This document shows positions 24,502 to 36,640 of a stretch of 64,000 bases of DNA, in pieces; within the stretch, counting starts at the first letter, position 1, and the number at the start of each line of letters is the position of its first letter. The notes under the pieces were generated by a model, which saw nothing but the letters and a program-made list of their open reading frames with translations, made no database searches and was not told where the DNA came from. A program made the position numbers and the translations under genes. Where the stretch lies: contig NC_043002.1 of assembly GCF_006345805.1 (NCBI RefSeq), positions 51,646,001 through 51,710,000 of the forward strand, given 5' to 3'. Origin of the DNA: Octopus sinensis (taxonomy: Eukaryota).

Positions 24502-26056
24502 CTCTAGATATATTTCTGGCATCGTCTTAGGAGTGACCATAGCAGTTTTTCCATTAAGAAAATTTACAATAGCGCCTGTTACATCTGAAGATGACCTTAA
24601 TATAACGCTCTTATCTTTAAGTAAATTGGACAGTAAATATTAGTTGATCAGTGTAAGAGTGGAATCCATATTGTTGAGTAATATTTTGATATTTTTTTTA
24701 TTTCTTCAAAAGTAGCATTAAAAGCATATTTTCTTACCAATTCAATACATTTCTCACAGATGCTTCCTGATAGCTATAACAAATACTTTTTTCCTAGGTT
24801 CTCCCACATTATAAGACCTTTTTGTTTTTTAATATAAAAAAAAACCCCAATAAAGGCAGGGGTGAGGAGTTCACTCAAATACTTTGGAATACCTAGTTTC
24901 CACGCTTTGCAATCCTAACAACTTGGTCATTACTACCTAAAGGCAAGCCTCTGGATACCTGAAGGCGAATTACAGAAATCGTACGTATCGACACCTTGAT
25001 TTCTGAACCGAGCAATATTTTTTGAGACCTAATAAATCTTTACAGCTAGTTTCTTTATGCTGAAGTATATAAGCCGTCATGCACTAGCGATCTTCCTTTT
25101 TCGTTTCTTTTCTTTCTTTATTTTTCTTTATTCTTTTATTCATTTAAATGCTCCAGCTTTGAAACTGCGGTCATACTGGGGCACCGCCAGTATAATTTAA
25201 TTTATTCCTTTATTTAAATTTCTGAAAAAAAAATTTCTTTGTGTTTCCAGTCGTTGATTTCGTATGTGGCAAAGAGATAGGCTATTTCGACAACAGACAA
25301 CATACAAAACAGTAAAAACAACTTAAACTTGCTGAATAAAGTAGCTATTCCTGTTTAATGATAATACTCCCACTCTTCCTCAGATCACGTTTGAACACGT
25401 TTTTTATTAAACCATATCTTGGCGGTGCCCCAGCATGGCCACAGCTCATGAGCTGAAACTAGAATCAATCAATCAATCAATTGTATGTGTTTTCTTTTCT
25501 GCAGTTTCCACCCTCAATCAATTTATTCTACATGAATTTGAAAGATCTCAGTCATAATTGTCAGGATGATGGCTCACTGCGAATCTAGCGATCCCTAACT
25601 ACATCTTTGTTTTGGTTTGCTTGCTAGGTTTGGGGGAACAAACAATATCCAAGACATTTGCAGGCCCTCTTAGATCAGAACAATGAAGGAATTTCAGTAG
25701 GTCAAGATTCTATCAAGGAAAGACCGAGTCTACAGGATTAGTGTATGTGTGTGGATGGTTATTGCGCGTGCAAGTGAAAATGTGTTTATATACGCAGACA
25801 GGGACAACTGAAGAAGGGGAATATTCCTTGTGTTGTATGTCTTGTACTCTGTTATTTCGTTGTTTAAAAAATAGTTCGTTTCCATGTTTTTGTTTCTATG
25901 TTTTCGTTTCTCATTGTGTTCAACGTTTTTTTGATGTCCTGTACCCATATATGCATATAGATGTAGGTATGTACATATATGTTTGTATATATGCATATAT
26001 TTATATATTATTTATATTATTATATGATCGAACGCCACGCATCCTTTTCCAAGTAA

Positions 26057-26089
<33 letters not shown>

Positions 26090-26093
<4 letters not shown>

Positions 26094-26570
26094 ACTGAAA
26101 TGACAAAGGGCACTAATCAGCACCAGTATTGCTAGAAATGAGAGCCAAAACAACTCAATAGCCACAGAAGCACTATCTTAATTACTGACAAGGGAGACAA
26201 ACTCCCTACGGTAGCAGATATAGCCAGATCATCGATGATTTCGCATTTTGATACTCACGCACCTTAATGCTCATCGGTCGCTCTCACTGAGCCTTGGGTT
26301 AAACTCACCTCACCCGGCCACTTTATAAGATTTCCGTTATCATACGCTGATTTCATAAACAGTAAAAGTGAAAATTATAGATAATATGGGTGGCTAATTC
26401 ACAATTTTACAACCTAAATGCAGAAATATATACATCATTAAAGTGAACAAGGGCTCTAATTAATACCATATGTATATTATAAATAATATGGTTGCTAATT
26501 CGCAATTTTACCATCTAAAGGCAGAAATATATACGTCATTAAAGTCACTAATCAACACCATATATATATA
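26090..26570 (+). mobile_element. Penelope-like terminal fragment with a degenerate hammerhead and a ~100-bp internal tandem duplication
   Basis: CTGACAA-GGGAG-acaaa-CTCCC at 26185-26206 with GAAA lost; 26380-26470 is repeated at 26483-26560; bounded by (TA)n. Confidence 0.45.
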
Positions 26571-26574
26571 TTCT

Positions 26575-26990
26575 CTTTTACTCTTTTACTCTTTTACTTG
26601 TTTCAGTCACTTGACTGCGGCCATGCTGGATCACCGCCTTTAATCGAGCAAATCGACCCCAGGACTTATTCTTTTTGTAAGCCCAGTACTTATTTTATCG
26701 GTTTCTTTTGCCGAACCGCTAAGTAACGGGGACATAAACACACCAGCATCGTTTATCAAGCAATGCTAGGGGGACAAACACAGACACACAAACACATACA
26801 CACACACATATATATATATACATATATACGACAGGCTTTTTTCAGTTTCCGTCTACCAAATCCACTCACAAGGCTTTGGTCGGCCCGAGGCTATAGTAGG
26901 AGACACTTACCCAAGGTGCCACACAGTGGGACTGAACCTGGAACCATGTGGTTGGTAAACAAGCTACTTCCCACACAGCCACTCCTGCGC
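26575..26990 (-). mobile_element. SINE family A, intact
   Basis: Full reverse-complement match to 7185-7587. Confidence 0.85.
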
Positions 26991-27002
26991 CTATGTATGT
27001 AT

Positions 27003-27297
27003 GTATAATCAAATGAAAAAACATATGATGGATAATTGTCGGCTAATTACAACTGTTTCTTACGTAATCTTTTAATAGAAGAATGAGAACATTACATCAT
27101 TATCAAAGACCGCAATCATCAGATGAGAAGTAATCTTACAAAACAAAAGAATATCCCAAGAATACAGTAGGAATGCAAAATTACTTCTCATCCGATGATT
27201 ATGGTCTTTGACAATGATGTGATGTTCTCATTCCTCCATTAAAAAGCTGTAATGAGCTGACAACTATCCATCGTGTGCTATTATTCATTTGATTATA
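27003..27297. repeat. Diverged inverted repeat (arms ~120-130 bp, ~45-nt spacer)
   Basis: 27003-27133 matches the reverse complement of 27180-27297 apart from substitutions and one ~13-nt indel. Confidence 0.85.
27043..27127 (-). ncRNA. Type I hammerhead ribozyme motif within an inverted repeat
   Basis: Stem I CTCAT/ATTAG (1 mismatch), CTGATGA, stem II TTGCG-GTCTTT/AAAGAT-CGTAA, GAAAC, stem III AC-AGTT-GT; predicted cleavage after GUA. Confidence 0.65.
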
Positions 27298-27547
27298 ATA
27301 GACCAAGGAAATTTACGGTTTGTCGGACACCCTAGAGTATACCAACAACGTACTATTCAAAGTAATGCGTGATTTGGACCAGCCCCTTAAGCGCTAAATA
27401 CTCATAGGGTTGGTTTTCATTGTGTACACAACCGAAATATCCTATCTGATATTTCGACTCACACTAACCATAGGCCGTAACCACAGAGATTACCCAACCC
27501 TACCAGGTGCATACCTTTTCAAGTACCTGATTTTATCTGAATCCTCA

Positions 27548-28004
27548 TCTTATATATATATGTTTTTATAAATGGCAATTTCTGTCTGTTTGTGACTCTG
27601 TGTGTGTTTGGGGATTTGTTACTTTAATTCCTCCAAGACTATCCAACCGATCTTGATGAAATTTGACACGTGTGTGGGGCTTATGTCCATGCGGTCACCT
27701 ACGCATTTTGAATTTCAAACAAATCGATAATCTTTAATCAGCATCGACTTTACAAAAATCAGTAGGACACTTCAATGCAAATTTTCATATGAATGTTATT
27801 TTCTGCCATAACTTTTAAAGTTTTCCACCGATTTTCTTGAAATTTTATACACAGGTGGAATATGCACTAAGCATGGTTTGAGGCCAATACATTTTTACCT
27901 AACTTACTCAAGCCAAGCGTAAGATTATTTTTGATTAAGCGATTAACGAAATTTGACCTAAATTATTGTGGGGTTAAAATGTTCATCAATTATATCAACA
28001 TTCT
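27548..28004 (+). mobile_element. Longer relative of the 36068 Helitron, cut off by the assembly gap
   Basis: Shares ACTTTAA.T.CTCC.AG.CTATCCAA..G.TCTTGATGAAA.TTGACA.GTGTGT.GGGCTTAT..CCATGC.GTCAC.TACGCA with 36110-36197. Confidence 0.6.
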
Positions 28005-28104
28005 NNNNNNNNNNNNNNNNNNNNNNNNNNNNNNNNNNNNNNNNNNNNNNNNNNNNNNNNNNNNNNNNNNNNNNNNNNNNNNNNNNNNNNNNNNNNNNNN
28101 NNNN
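28005..28104. other. Assembly gap (100 N)
   Basis: Run of N. Confidence 1.
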
Positions 28105-28135
28105 CTAGGGGGACAAACACAGACACACAACCACA

Positions 28136-28166
<31 letters not shown>

Positions 28167-28188
28167 CACACACAACACACACAAACAC

Positions 28189-28230
<42 letters not shown>

Positions 28231-28601
28231 ATAATATATATATATACTTATAATATATATATATATATATAATATATATATTATATATACCCTAATTCCT
28301 ATAACTAAAAATTCTTATAGCAGTCAGTTGCAAGCAGAGTTTTGGTCAGTTAGCATCTGAACTACACAAACCTCATATGTTCCTAAAATTTATCTCTACA
28401 TCTTTATCTGTATATTTACCTTCCCTAAAATGTTACTACTTGATTTGAAAGCTGTTTATATTATTGGAAAACTTATATAAATTTGCTGAAGAGTTCTCAG
28501 CATCTTAAATCTGCTGTAATATTTACAGCTTTTAATAAAGTGTTGTAGTATGAAACAATTGTACTAAATTACCGGATCATTCCTTGTTGCTTATTTTTGA
28601 T

Positions 28602-28646
<45 letters not shown>

Positions 28647-28704
28647 TATACATCTGCAATATGTATATTATAAATGTTAGGTTATTCCCTATTTTCACGC
28701 GCAC

Positions 28705-29695
28705 ATGGCTACACTAAAAGCATTCTTGCAACGAATCCAGTACAACAAATGACCAAATTCCAAAAGGTCAGGGGGTAACTTCAACAGCAACAATCAACTG
28801 ACCTACTTCCATTGACAACAGCACCTGATGAAGCAAGTCAAGTTTCACCTTCGCTACAGCAACAAAAACCAAAACAACAACAACAACAACAACACTCTAA
28901 TACTACCACTAGTCAAGTTCCAATGCTACTACAAACAAAAACAACTCTCCACTACTGCCACAATAGGAAAAATCACTCTACATACGCGTTTAAAAACTAT
29001 CTGCCATTACTACTCTCAAGGCAGCTGCAGATTTGACCACATTCTGGCAAGCCAGAACCCACCATCACAAAATCACAAGCTGCTTCTAACACCACTGCTA
29101 CTACTGCCAAAATAGAAAAAACCACTACTACAAACCAAATAAAACCCCTGCCGTTACTATTCTAAAGGCAATTGTAGATTTGGCCCCAGCGGCACACAAA
29201 CAAAAATGGACCGCTGTGCTTTCCCCCACCCAACCTTATGTCGTAGACTTGCCTCTATGGGCACCTGTTCCATACGGTTTAAACAGGAAAAAATTGCCCC
29301 CACCTCCACACCCAAATACTGTCCTAAATACAGTCTATGGTTCTGATCCTAAATACGGATGCATAAGAGGCAATGGATGCACCTTATTCCATCCTAAACT
29401 GTGCCAAACTTCTGTCTCACAAAGGATGTGCCTGAACCCAGAATGCAACCACCACCATCTGAAGGGCACAAAACGATCACAAAATAGATATAAACAGGAC
29501 AGAGGAGGAAATCTAGGACAACAACAAGAACCAAAATACAAAACACGTTCCCCTCCTACAATCAAACAACGTAGACAGAACCATGAAAAAACACCAAATA
29601 ACGCCAACTTGAAATATGTATCCTCTGACAAGTGGGCAAACAAGCAAAGTAACTCTTTTTTACTGACATACCTGAAAAATATGAAGCCGACCTAA
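28705..29695 (+). pseudogene. LINE ORF1 with tandem CCCH-type zinc fingers (disrupted)
   Basis: CHYYSQGSCRF (29002), CRYYSKGNCRFG...CAFPHPTLC (29149), NCPHLH/PKYC, and GCIRGNGCTLFHPKLCQTSVSQRMCLNPECNHHH in ORF 29180..29695. Confidence 0.7.
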
Positions 29696-29779
29696 GCCAG
29701 GAGATCCAGCGAGCCATCATCAACCATCTATGCAAATCACAAGGACCACTCACCCATTACCAACTTCCCTTACCTCGAC

Positions 29780-32760
29780 ATTCCTGTTAAATGTACGTGG
29801 CATCAACCCATCAATTATTGCCCAAAAATGGAAGATCCCATATATAGAGAGTTGGCTTGCCGAAATGGCACATTGCTTCCCTTTCTTATCCTTACCGAGA
29901 CTCACCTGAACAACACCCATATGGACGCAGAGGTGAAAATAAAAGATTTCACCATTGTTCGTGCGGATCGCACAGACCGAAATAAGGGAGGGACAGCCAT
30001 CTTTATCCATGACTCCTTTTCACTTGATGCCAAGGACACATTTTCCAATGGCTACTGTGAATCGGTATCACTATACAACAAAGCCAAGGACATAACCATT
30101 GTTGGTCTTTACAGGCCTCCCCAGGCACCTCTAAAGTACTTTGAAGAGTGCCTTAGCAAAGTCAAGTCCTTCCTTCGGAAGTACCACTCCGGAAACATAC
30201 TAGAGATGGGTGATTTTAACCTCCCTCATGTGAACTGGCCCACAAATACTCCGAAGTTAGGCAAGTGCTCTACATCAGATAGGGCAGCAGCAGAACTGCT
30301 CTTTAATCTGATGGATGAGTATTTCCTGACTCAGCTAGTGCTTGAACCAACGAGACAGAATAAAACGATCTTGGATCTGGTATTGACCAATCACTCTAGC
30401 TACGTTCACAGCATTTCAGTCGAAAAAACTCTCCTCTCAGACCACGACATGGTACTCTGCAATCTTAATTCCCGACATATAAAAACCAACCCAGCCAATC
30501 CCACTCCATGGCACCCATTTGACAACATAAACTTCCACAAAGCGGACTGGGGAACAATCAGAAAGGATCTGTCTTCCATCGACTGGTCTTTTACTCTCAA
30601 TTCCCCTCATATTGAGACCGCGTGGCAGCACTTTGAAACCATTGTCACCTATACATGCTCTAAACACGCTCCCAAGAAATCTACTAACACAAACAGAAAC
30701 CGGCTCCCTAAAAAGAAAAAACACTCATCAGGCGCATCAAAAGACTCAAAAAAAAAATCAACCAATTAAAATATTCCCACACACAACATCCACATTCAAC
30801 AACAATGAAAATGAAAAGATAGAGCTGGAAAAACTTCATCTGCAGACTAACATGAAAACCTCTATTGAAAATCAAAGAGCTGTGGAGGAACAATGGGTAA
30901 TCAAAAACATCAAACAGAACCCAAAAGTGTTCTATTCTTATGCAAATAAGCATAGAACCACTGTCTCACCCATTGGGCCATTGATTGATGATAACGGCAT
31001 TCCCCAACACGATGCTAAAGAAATGGCAGAAATACTGCAGAAACAATACTGCTCTGTCTTCAGTGTTCCCACTGATATTGACGTGAGGGAAACGAACGAA
31101 GTTGACTCCCAACACAAAAATCGCAGACATAACCTTCACTGCCACCGACATCGTAGCAGCAGCAATAAATGAGGTGAAACATTACTCTGCTGTAGGCCCT
31201 GATAGATTTCCCGCTAGTCTCCTGAAGGAATGTAGATATTCAACTTGCAGTCCCTCTGACCAACCTCTGGAGAAACTCGTAGACGCAGGTTATATACCGA
31301 AACAGTTTCTATCCCAGTCGGTCATCCCGGTTTTCAAACAGGGAAACAGATCCTTCGCAGTCAACTATCGCCCAATCTCACTCACTCCCACATCATTAAA
31401 GTGTTTGAAAGAGTGTTAAGATCAAGGATAGCTGACTTCCTGGAGACCCACAAACTCCTAAATTCAAATCAGCATGGCTTTCGCTGTGGCAGGGACTGTC
31501 TAATACAGCTCTTACACCACATTGAAGATGTACTCAAAGCCTTGGGAACAGGTTCGAACTCTGACGTCATATATCTTGACTTCAGTAAAGCGTTCGACAG
31601 GGTAGACCATAACATCCTACTCTCAAAATTGGCAAATGTTGGAATCCGTGGAAAAGTTCTACACTGGATTCAGTATTTCCTGGTGAATAGAACACAACAT
31701 GTTGTAGTTGATGGAGTCCACTCAAACCCAGCAAAAGTCACCAGCGGTGTTCCCCAGAGAGCTGTTTTGGGTCCGCTACTCTTCATAATTTACGTAAACG
31801 ACCTTTCCAGTGTCGTACATCACTGCAAAGTGAAAATATTCGCTGATGACACTAAGCTCCAGCAAATCGTCAATGAAGAAGCAGACCGAACTCAACTCCA
31901 GTCTGATCTATATGCTGTGAGTCAATGGGCAGACAGAAACAAAATGCAACTGAATGAGGGGAAATTTGAGCTGATGCATTTTGGAAGAAATTCCTCACTA
32001 AAACAACCATACTCTCTTCCTTCAGGGGAACCACTCACAGCCTCTAACAATATCAGAGACCTGGGTGTAATTGTTGATGACGATCTCAGTTGGAGTGCAC
32101 ACATCAACAAGAAGGTCGATATAGCTCGTAGGATGAGTTCCTGGATCTTAAGAACTTTCCGGTCCAGAGAACAAGGGTCATCATACAACTTTTTCCTCCT
32201 TTGTACGGCCACACCTTGAATACTGCTGCCCACTGTGGTCTCCTCACACAAGACAAAACATCTCCAGAATTGAGTCACCCCAGAGGGCTCTCACTAAACA
32301 AATTGAAGGCATGGCTGCTCTCGATTATTGGGATCGCCTTAAAGCCTTGAAACTTTACTCCCTCCAGCGTCGCCGTGAGCGGTACATCATTTGTACGATG
32401 TGGAAATATACCGCAAACTTTGCCCAAACGACCTAAACATTAGCGTCAAGGTTCATCCAAGACTTGGACCACGGGCTATACGTCCCCTGCCAAATTCAAG
32501 ATCACAACATACATGTACACTGCAACATAATTTCTTTTCCTCAACAGGCCCTGCCCTATTAACATTGTCCCGAGGGAGATCAAAGAGGAAAAGGATCCCA
32601 TCAACTTTAAACAGAGTCTGGATAGATTCCTTCAAAGAATACCAGATAAGCCACCCATAATTGGATACAACTCACCCAACAAGAACTCACTACTTGAACA
32701 AAACTGGATACAACTCACCCAACAAGAACTCACTACTTGAACAAAACTTGACTTAAACAG
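29780..32760 (+). pseudogene. LINE ORF2: apurinic endonuclease + reverse transcriptase (several frameshifts)
   Basis: NVRG, LTETHL, GDFNLP, TRQNKTILDLVLTN and SDHDMV (APE); NYRPISLT, QHGFR, YLDFSKAFDRVDH, GVPQRAVLGPLLFIIYVND, FADDTK and DLGV (RT). Confidence 0.92.
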
Positions 32761-32854
32761 GATTCGAATAATCCTATCAGGTGGTGCTATTAAGTTAGAC
32801 ATGGCCTGGACCAATCTCTGGTCGAAACATATCTAAGTTTTTATCTAAGTTTTT

Positions 32855-33014
32855 TTTTATATATAGATAGATGTATGTGTATCGATGTATATGTATACAC
32901 ATATATACATACATGCATATATTTATACATATATATACATACATATATACATATATATACATACATATATACGTATATATACATACATATATATACATAT
33001 ATATACCTATATAC

Positions 33015-33045
<31 letters not shown>

Positions 33046-33603
33046 CCTATATACATACCTACATAGATATACATACATACATAGATATACATACATACAT
33101 ACATAGATATACATACATATATACATACATAGATATAGTTACATATACATACAGATATACATACATATACATACATATATACATACATATACACACATAT
33201 ATACATATATATACATATATACATATATATACATACATATATACATATATATACATACATATATGCATATATATACATACATATATACATATATATACAT
33301 ACATATATACATATATATACATACATATATACATATGTATACATACATATATACATATATATATACATACATATATACATATATATATACATACATATAT
33401 ACATATATATACATACATATATACATATACATATATGCACATATATAAATACATATACATACATATATACATATACATATATATACATACATATATACAT
33501 ATGTACATATATATACATATATATACATATATATATCTACACATACACATACATACATACATACATACATATATACGTACGTACATACATACATACATAC
33601 GTA
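32855..33603 (+). repeat. Degenerate (TATACA/TACA)n microsatellite directly after the LINE tail
   Basis: About 750 bp of low-complexity TA/CA repeat. Confidence 0.97.
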
Positions 33604-33604
33604 C

Positions 33605-34280
33605 AGGAATGCTGTACCGGTGATAAATTTTCCAGGCACGGAATGTCAGTGCCAACGGCATGTTTTAGATGTGGGCTGGACGATGAAACCTTCCACCACG
33701 ATCTTGTACAGTGCCGAGAGCCTTCAATCTTGATAACTTACGTAGAACACGTTTTGTCACATCTAGGTAGAGTACAGCTTTCAGCTGAGTCTATAATAAA
33801 GATTGTACCGCCAACCGGACTCCCAAAAGAAGGTGAGGCATGTTTTCTATGTGCAGTTGCAGTGTTGAGAGAGTGTTTGCGGAAGACCAGAATGCAAAAA
33901 ACTCGAGACAGGATCCTTCATCTCTGGCTCTGGTTTGCTGACATACTTCAGATATCATCTGAAGAGCAAGATAGCGCTGGAGAAGAGATACCTGTTGCGA
34001 TGTGAGTTCGAGAAAAGATGGAAGGCTGTGGTAAGAATGGTGGATGCAACTGACCCTGCTTAATCCTTCATGGGAAAAGGAAAAGGTGTAGCCGCTGGGC
34101 TTTTCAGCTCATCAGGTTAAAGTAACCGCCCCCCTAAAAAAAAAGACAAAACTTTTATTTTTATATACTATTCATAATTTTTAAACCTAGGTATCATTCG
34201 AAGACACACTAACGATAATTGTTTGTATTATCCTGTTTTGTCCCCTCTATGTATGATAATATTTATCATAATAAAAATTC
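33605..34280 (+). mobile_element. 3' fragment of an L1/Tx1-type LINE (zf-RVT region + 3' UTR)
   Basis: [33 protein letters not shown] has the CxxC..ETxxH...C pattern typical of the L1/Tx1 ORF2 C-terminus; AATAAA near 34270. Confidence 0.65.
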
Positions 34281-34883
34281 ATCTCTAGCAGAGGAAGTGT
34301 CCAGTACTGAAGAGAAGCAGAAATAGCCCGAGAACGTGCTAGTCTACAGGTCCCGTCGACAGACGGTGGTAGGATTTCGCTCCTCTGCTCGAAATATATC
34401 GGATGCAGCTGTGCATCGTTAACGAGCGAGAGAAGGTAGCCTATTGTGGTTAAAAGTTGGAGTAAAGTCCGTTCTAACGGACAGCCATGTTGAAGTGGCT
34501 ACGAATGCTACTTATATACATATTTTAACATGTATACATCCTTCATACTTTTCATATTTGCTTTATCACGATAATCTGACACCTGTAAACTATTACTATT
34601 TGCAAAGTGTGTCAATAGAATTACATCTAACCCTATCGCTAACTGCACTCAGGAACAGAATTGACTTTAGTACGTGTATACCCCAGTTAAGTATACCTAT
34701 ACAAAAACGAAGACAGAAAACAAACCAACTGACCTTAACGACAGGCAAAGAAAGAGGTAAAGCCAACGAAATTCAGTTGAATACAACCGGGTAATTTCCC
34801 ACATCAACTCCCTTTGTATGTAACCATTATTGTGTGTGCGCGCGCGAAGGCTGATGCCTGAGGGTCACATCAGGTGGCTTCTA

Positions 34884-35777
34884 TGCGGGGGTACGCAGAA
34901 GTGACCAGAAACGTCCTCTGTGGCACAAGCCGTTGTATTTTCGGTTTCCACTGCTAGAAGCCACTTGATACGACCCTCAGGCACAGTCTGCCGACCGGTG
35001 TCGTCAAGTGTAGTCGTGCTGCCACGTGGTGCGTCCTTGTTTTGCAGTGCTTCTTCCTTGTTCGTCGATTGTTTGCGATAGTCGAAACAAAGGAACAGCG
35101 TGCATTCATGAAATTCTGTTTTCTGCTGAGGAAAACGACGGCCGAAACAGTTGTCCTGCTTGACACAGCTTACAAGTACACTACCAGGAGCAAAACACTA
35201 GTTTATGAGTGGTTTTCGCGCTTTAAGAATGGCCACTTGTTCTCCACCTCTTCCACATCTGCAAATTCAGGACGACTGTTGACCCCCACTCCCGTACGAA
35301 TGAAAGCAACTTGAAAATTCATGAAGTGATCTTGCAGGACCGTCACCGAACAATTGATTGGTATGTCCTGGAGCTCCTGCCAACGAATATTGAGTGAGGA
35401 ATTGCGAATGAAAAGAGTTACAGTAAAATTTGTGCCTTGTTTTCTCATGGAAGATCAAAAGCAGTCACGACTGAATGCCTGTGGTGAACTGAAAGATAAG
35501 ATGGAGGTTGATAGGTATCTTTCTTAGGATTTTATCATTGGCGACGAAAGCTGGTGCTACGGAGTTTGCATATGTGGAAGAGGTAAAGAAAAAAAAACGA
35601 CGTTAAAAGCTATCACTTAGCAAGAGCTCCAACACTGCTTCGAACACTAGAAAACGCGCCTGGCCGAGTGCATTGCTTCAAATAGAAAATAGATTGGTGG
35701 CGATAAAAGTGTAAGCATGTAAAACCAGGTGAATAAAATAATATTGTAAAATTCTTGTTTCTTTTGGGTACCCCAAA
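34884..35777 (+). mobile_element. Internally deleted mariner element
   Basis: EQRAFMKFCFLLRKTTAETV...VYEWFSRFKNG, KFVPCFL and GDESWCYG; degenerate TIRs (GGGGTAC(G/C)CA(G/A)AAG..AC..GAA) with TA flanks. Confidence 0.8.
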
Positions 35778-35789
35778 TATTCTTTTGTT

Positions 35790-35983
35790 CTCTTACTTGT
35801 TTCAGTAATTTTGACTGAGGCCATGCTGGAGCTCCGTCTTAAAGGGTTTTTCAGTCGAAGAAATTATTCTTTGTAAGCATGGCATTTATTCTATCGGTTA
35901 CTTTTACCGAACCGCTAAGTTACGGGGACGTAAACACACCAAGATCGGTTATCAAGCGATGGTAGAGGGACAAACACAGATAT

Positions 35984-36064
<81 letters not shown>

Positions 36065-36243
36065 ATATCTATAATAATAAATGTCAAGTTAGTGTGTTTG
36101 TGAATTTCTTACTTTAACTTCTCCGAGTCTATCCAATAGGTCTTGATGAAACTTGACATGTGTGTAGGGCTTATACCCATGCAGTCACTTACGCACTTGG
36201 AATTTTTTTTACCGGGTACCTCAGCTAGTATATATACATACAT

Positions 36244-36282
<39 letters not shown>

Positions 36283-36398
36283 CACATATATATATACATA
36301 TATATATATGTATGCACACACACACACATATATATATACATATATACATACATATACATATATATATACATATACATATATATTACATATACATACAT

Positions 36399-36434
<36 letters not shown>

Positions 36435-36469
36435 CATATACATTATATACATATTATATATATATTATA

Positions 36470-36529
<60 letters not shown>

Positions 36530-36640
36530 ATATATATATATATATACGACCGACTTCTTTCAGTTTCCGTCTACCAAATCTAGCCCGACTTAGATGCCAC
36601 GTAGTGGAACTGAATACGGAATCATGCGGTTGGGAAGCAG
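35790..36640 (-). mobile_element. SINE family A split by a Helitron and a microsatellite expansion
   Basis: 3' half at 35790-35990 and head at 36545-36640. Confidence 0.75.
36068..36228 (+). mobile_element. 161-bp non-autonomous Helitron inserted into a SINE microsatellite
   Basis: A|TCTATAATAATAAAT ... ACCGGGTACCTCAGCTAG|T: inserted between A and T with no TSD; similar to 27550-27720. Confidence 0.75.

Larger units (their letters stand above)
23277..25000 (-). pseudogene. hAT (ZMYM/DUF4371-type) transposase fossil interrupted by nested insertions
   Basis: In order on the minus strand: RTISVIRL.VSRGLPL..GN; KYYSTI.DST..TDQLIF; NCYGHS*DDARNIS; GYTGLQ..FAVYVP*AAHSQNL..KASECC; FFSSTHR; SDIR*. 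Confidence 0.7.
28705..32850 (+). mobile_element. Near full-length CR1-like LINE (ORF1 + APE-RT ORF2), frameshifted
   Basis: ORF1 region with Cys/His fingers, an endonuclease, an RT, a C-terminal YCCPLWSP / SLQRRRERY region and a 3' tail with a repeated ATCTAAGTTTTT. Confidence 0.92.

Noticed and set aside
27931-28272. ORFs spanning X runs
   Set aside because: Artefacts of the 100-N gap.
28824-28850. CTGATGA in LINE ORF1
   Set aside because: No stem II and no downstream GAAAC.
34091-34120. CTGATGA-GCTG..CAGC on the minus strand as a sixth hammerhead
   Set aside because: Stem II is followed by GGCTAC rather than GAAA, and it lies in the Tx1 3' UTR.
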